A DNA stretch of 20,191 nucleotides from Promethearchaeia archaeon (GTDB taxonomy: Archaea; Asgardarchaeota; Lokiarchaeia; Sigyniarchaeales; SOKP01), in contig JAHQWL010000080.1 in the NCBI GenBank assembly GCA_029856155.1, positions 1 through 20,191 on the forward strand, read 5' to 3'. The position numbers were made by a program, and so were the translations under genes. Position 1 is the first letter of the stretch; the number at the start of each line of letters is the position of its first letter. The notes under the pieces were generated by a model, which saw only the letters and a list, made by a program, of their open reading frames with translations, was not told where the DNA came from and did not search any database. This document shows positions 17,842 to 20,191 of this stretch, in pieces.

Positions 17842-19518
17842 TTGTTTGATAAAAATTATTTGGATAAAGTTAAAGAAGAAAAAGAAAAATGGGATAAACT
17901 ATATGAAAGTTTGAAAGAACGAGATGTAAAATTTGTTACTGATTCAGATATTCCTATTAAAAACCTATATACCCCTTTAGATATAAAAGATAAAGACTAC
18001 ATAAATGAAATCAGTTTTCCAGGGGTTGCTCCTTATACTAGAGGAGTCTATCCCTCTATGTATAGAGGTCACTTATGGACTATGAGATTATTTTCAGGTC
18101 ATGGAACTCCTGAAGAAACCAATAAACGGTGGAAGTTTCTTTATGAAAATGGTGAAACTGGGTTTAGTGCTGCAGTAGATGCATTAACTTTCAACGGAAT
18201 TGACCCAACAGAACCCGACGGGGCACCAGAGGTTGGAACATCTGGCGTACCACTTTATTGTATTGACAGTCTCTTTGCATTAACTGAAGATATTCCAATA
18301 GACAAAATTAGTGTAGCTTTAGTAGTAGAACCTTTCACTTCTGCTCCCGTTTGCTCTATGTATTTTAATATGGCAAAAATGCGGGGTTATGATATTAAAA
18401 ATTTGATGGGAACAACTCAAAATGATATATTGACCATGACGGTAGGGTATATCCCATATAAGAATAGTCCTCCTAACCATATACTTCGCTTAGCATGTGA
18501 TTTTATTGAATGGACAGTAGCTCAAAAAAATGTCCCTAAATGGCATCCGATAAATTTCACTGGCTATAATTATAGAGAAGGAGGAATTGATGCTGTTCAG
18601 GAATTAGCCTTTGTATTTGCAAGTGCGTGTTCTCATATTGATAATTTAATTGAAAGAGGATGGAAAGCTGATGATTTTGTAGGACGTTTAGCATTTCATT
18701 TAGCTGCACACAAGGATTTTTTCGAGGAAATTGCTAAATTCAGAGCGGCTAGGAGAATTTGGTATAAATTAATGAAAGATAAATATGAAGTTAAGGATCC
18801 AAGGAATTTCGGTTTTCGTTTCCATGTACAGACTGCGGGATCTTCTTTAACAGCACAATCGCCTAAAATCAATATAGTAAGAACCGCAATTCAAGCCTTA
18901 GAAGCAAACTTGGGAGGATGTCAGTCGTTACATACGAATTCATATGACGAAGCTATTTGTTTACCTTCTGAAGAAGCAGCTTTAGTTGCTTTAAGAACTC
19001 AACAAGTAATATCAGATGAATCTAGAATCCATAATACAATTGATCCTCTCGCTGGGTCATACTTTATCGAATGGTTAACAGATGAAGTAGAAGATAGGGT
19101 ATGGAAATATATTGACAGAATCCAAAAAGTTGGTAATATTGATAAGGCTCTCTCTACAGGCTTTTTATATAAAGAAATGAGGGATGCTTTTCATAGACGG
19201 CGAATGAAACTTGAGAATGGCGATGAGATAATGCTTGGTGTAAATAAATATGCAGTACCTTATGATACAGTCACAGACGTTTTTAGAACTAATAAAGGGG
19301 CAATAGATATTGAAGTCCGTCGAATTGAAAAACTAAAAGCTCGAAGGGATAATACAAAATTAGAGAAAATTTTAGATAAGTTGCGAGATGTCTGTGAGAA
19401 AGAAGAAAATGTGATGCCGGTAGTTATGGAAGCAACAAGGGAAGGAGCAACTGTCGGAGAAGTTTGTAATATTTACAGGGAAATCTGGGGAACTTGGGAT
19501 CCTCCATTGGCAATCTAA
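17842..19518 (+). CDS. B12-dependent acyl-CoA mutase, large (substrate-binding) subunit, methylmalonyl-CoA mutase family
   Basis: FPGVAPYTRG, WTMR, GTTQNDIL, FFEEIAKFRAARRIW, FHVQTAG, QSLHTNSYDEA and DPLAGSYFIE. No fused B12 domain. Confidence 0.95.
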   Translation: MFDKNYLDKVKEEKEKWDKLYESLKERDVKFVTDSDIPIKNLYTPLDIKDKDYINEISFPGVAPYTRGVYPSMYRGHLWTMRLFSGHGTPEETNKRWKFLYENGETGFSAAVDALTFNGIDPTEPDGAPEVGTSGVPLYCIDSLFALTEDIPIDKISVALVVEPFTSAPVCSMYFNMAKMRGYDIKNLMGTTQNDILTMTVGYIPYKNSPPNHILRLACDFIEWTVAQKNVPKWHPINFTGYNYREGGIDAVQELAFVFASACSHIDNLIERGWKADDFVGRLAFHLAAHKDFFEEIAKFRAARRIWYKLMKDKYEVKDPRNFGFRFHVQTAGSSLTAQSPKINIVRTAIQALEANLGGCQSLHTNSYDEAICLPSEEAALVALRTQQVISDESRIHNTIDPLAGSYFIEWLTDEVEDRVWKYIDRIQKVGNIDKALSTGFLYKEMRDAFHRRRMKLENGDEIMLGVNKYAVPYDTVTDVFRTNKGAIDIEVRRIEKLKARRDNTKLEKILDKLRDVCEKEENVMPVVMEATREGATVGEVCNIYREIWGTWDPPLAI

Positions 19519-19535
19519 CTAATGAGGTGCTTAAT

Positions 19536-19934
19536 ATGAGCGAGAGAAAAATAAGAGTTTTAATGTCTAAACCAGGTATTGATGGCCATTGGCGGGGAGG
19601 AATCGTAGTTTCAAGAGCAATTAGAGATGCTGGGATGGAGCTTATCTTCGGAGGATTTCAAAATGTAGAACAAATTGTTGAATCTGCAATCCAAGAGGAT
19701 GTCGACGTGATAGGGCTAAGCATTCATTCTGGAGCTCACTTTGCCTATACACAACAAGTTATTGATCTTTTAAAAGAAAAGGGAGTTCTAGGTAATATCA
19801 TGATACTTGTTGGTGGAGTAGTTCCCGCAAAAGATTTTTCAAAATTAAAAGAAATGGGTGTTGCGAATATATACGGTCCAGGCTCAATGACATCGGATAT
19901 TGTCGAATTTATTAAAACGCATGTCAAAAAATAA
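19536..19934 (+). CDS. Cobalamin-binding small subunit of the acyl-CoA mutase
   Basis: KPGIDGHWRG (DxHxxG), IGLSIHSG and VGGVVP. GAGGTG RBS at 19524-19529 supports ATG 19536 rather than 19494. Confidence 0.95.
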   Translation: MSERKIRVLMSKPGIDGHWRGGIVVSRAIRDAGMELIFGGFQNVEQIVESAIQEDVDVIGLSIHSGAHFAYTQQVIDLLKEKGVLGNIMILVGGVVPAKDFSKLKEMGVANIYGPGSMTSDIVEFIKTHVKK

Positions 19935-20004
19935 AAAAGACATGTAATATTTTTTTTATCAAATTTTAATTTTACAACTATTTCTCGTTGAGGAATGTAT
20001 TTCG

Positions 20005-20191
20005 TTGAAAGTTGCTTTTGATCTTGATATTTTAATTAATAGGTTTAAAAATAAAGATAAAATTGCTTTAGCTAAGTTAATTACTATTATAGAAAATGAA
20101 CCAGAAAAAGCACATGAGATATTTAAGCATTTTGAAGATATAACTCATGATTCATATATAATTGGAATTACTGGGTCTCCTGGTGTTGGAA
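20005..20191 (+). CDS. meaB: MeaB/ArgK-family GTPase metallochaperone, 3'-truncated by the window edge (not in the ORF track)
   Basis: Hand translation from TTG 20005: MKVAFDLDILINRFKNKDKIALAKLITIIENE...IIGITGSPGVG(K), i.e. the ALAKLIT motif plus a P-loop. GAGGA RBS at 19990-19994. Lies directly after the mutase genes. Confidence 0.9.
   Translation, partial: MKVAFDLDILINRFKNKDKIALAKLITIIENEPEKAHEIFKHFEDITHDSYIIGITGSPGVG

Noticed and set aside
17842-19518. Calling the mutase a true methylmalonyl-CoA mutase (mcmA)
   Set aside because: The Tyr89/Arg207 specificity residues appear to be replaced, so only a family-level call is supported.
19745-19927. 60-aa minus-strand ORF
   Set aside because: Antisense to the cobalamin-binding subunit.

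Overview
AT-rich prokaryotic window, probably archaeal. GGTGA/GAGG ribosome-binding sites, a HEPN-MNT pair, a split acyl-CoA mutase and a TPR-zinc-finger protein together suggest an Asgard (Lokiarchaeia-like) genome; this is inference. Left to right: 3' part of a radical SAM/SPASM gene; frameshifted TPR protein with a C-terminal 8-Cys RING-like finger; MBL-fold hydrolase; HEPN-MNT pair; then an unexplained cluster (about 4.9-11.4 kb). The cluster holds two divergent ~220-aa Ala-heptad helical paralogs, a decayed third copy, an uncalled 55-aa poly-Lys/acidic microprotein, an RHH regulator with a 10-bp inverted repeat upstream, three MscS-family channels and CorA. After it come a HAD hydrolase, two membrane proteins, gene debris, a frameshifted M28 peptidase, a membrane alpha/beta hydrolase, and a B12-dependent acyl-CoA mutase operon (large subunit with non-MCM active-site residues, B12-binding subunit, partial MeaB). 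The best candidate for a new system is the helical-paralog/microprotein/RHH/MscS module, possibly for membrane stress or remodelling. No rRNA, tRNA, CRISPR array or transposase was recognised.
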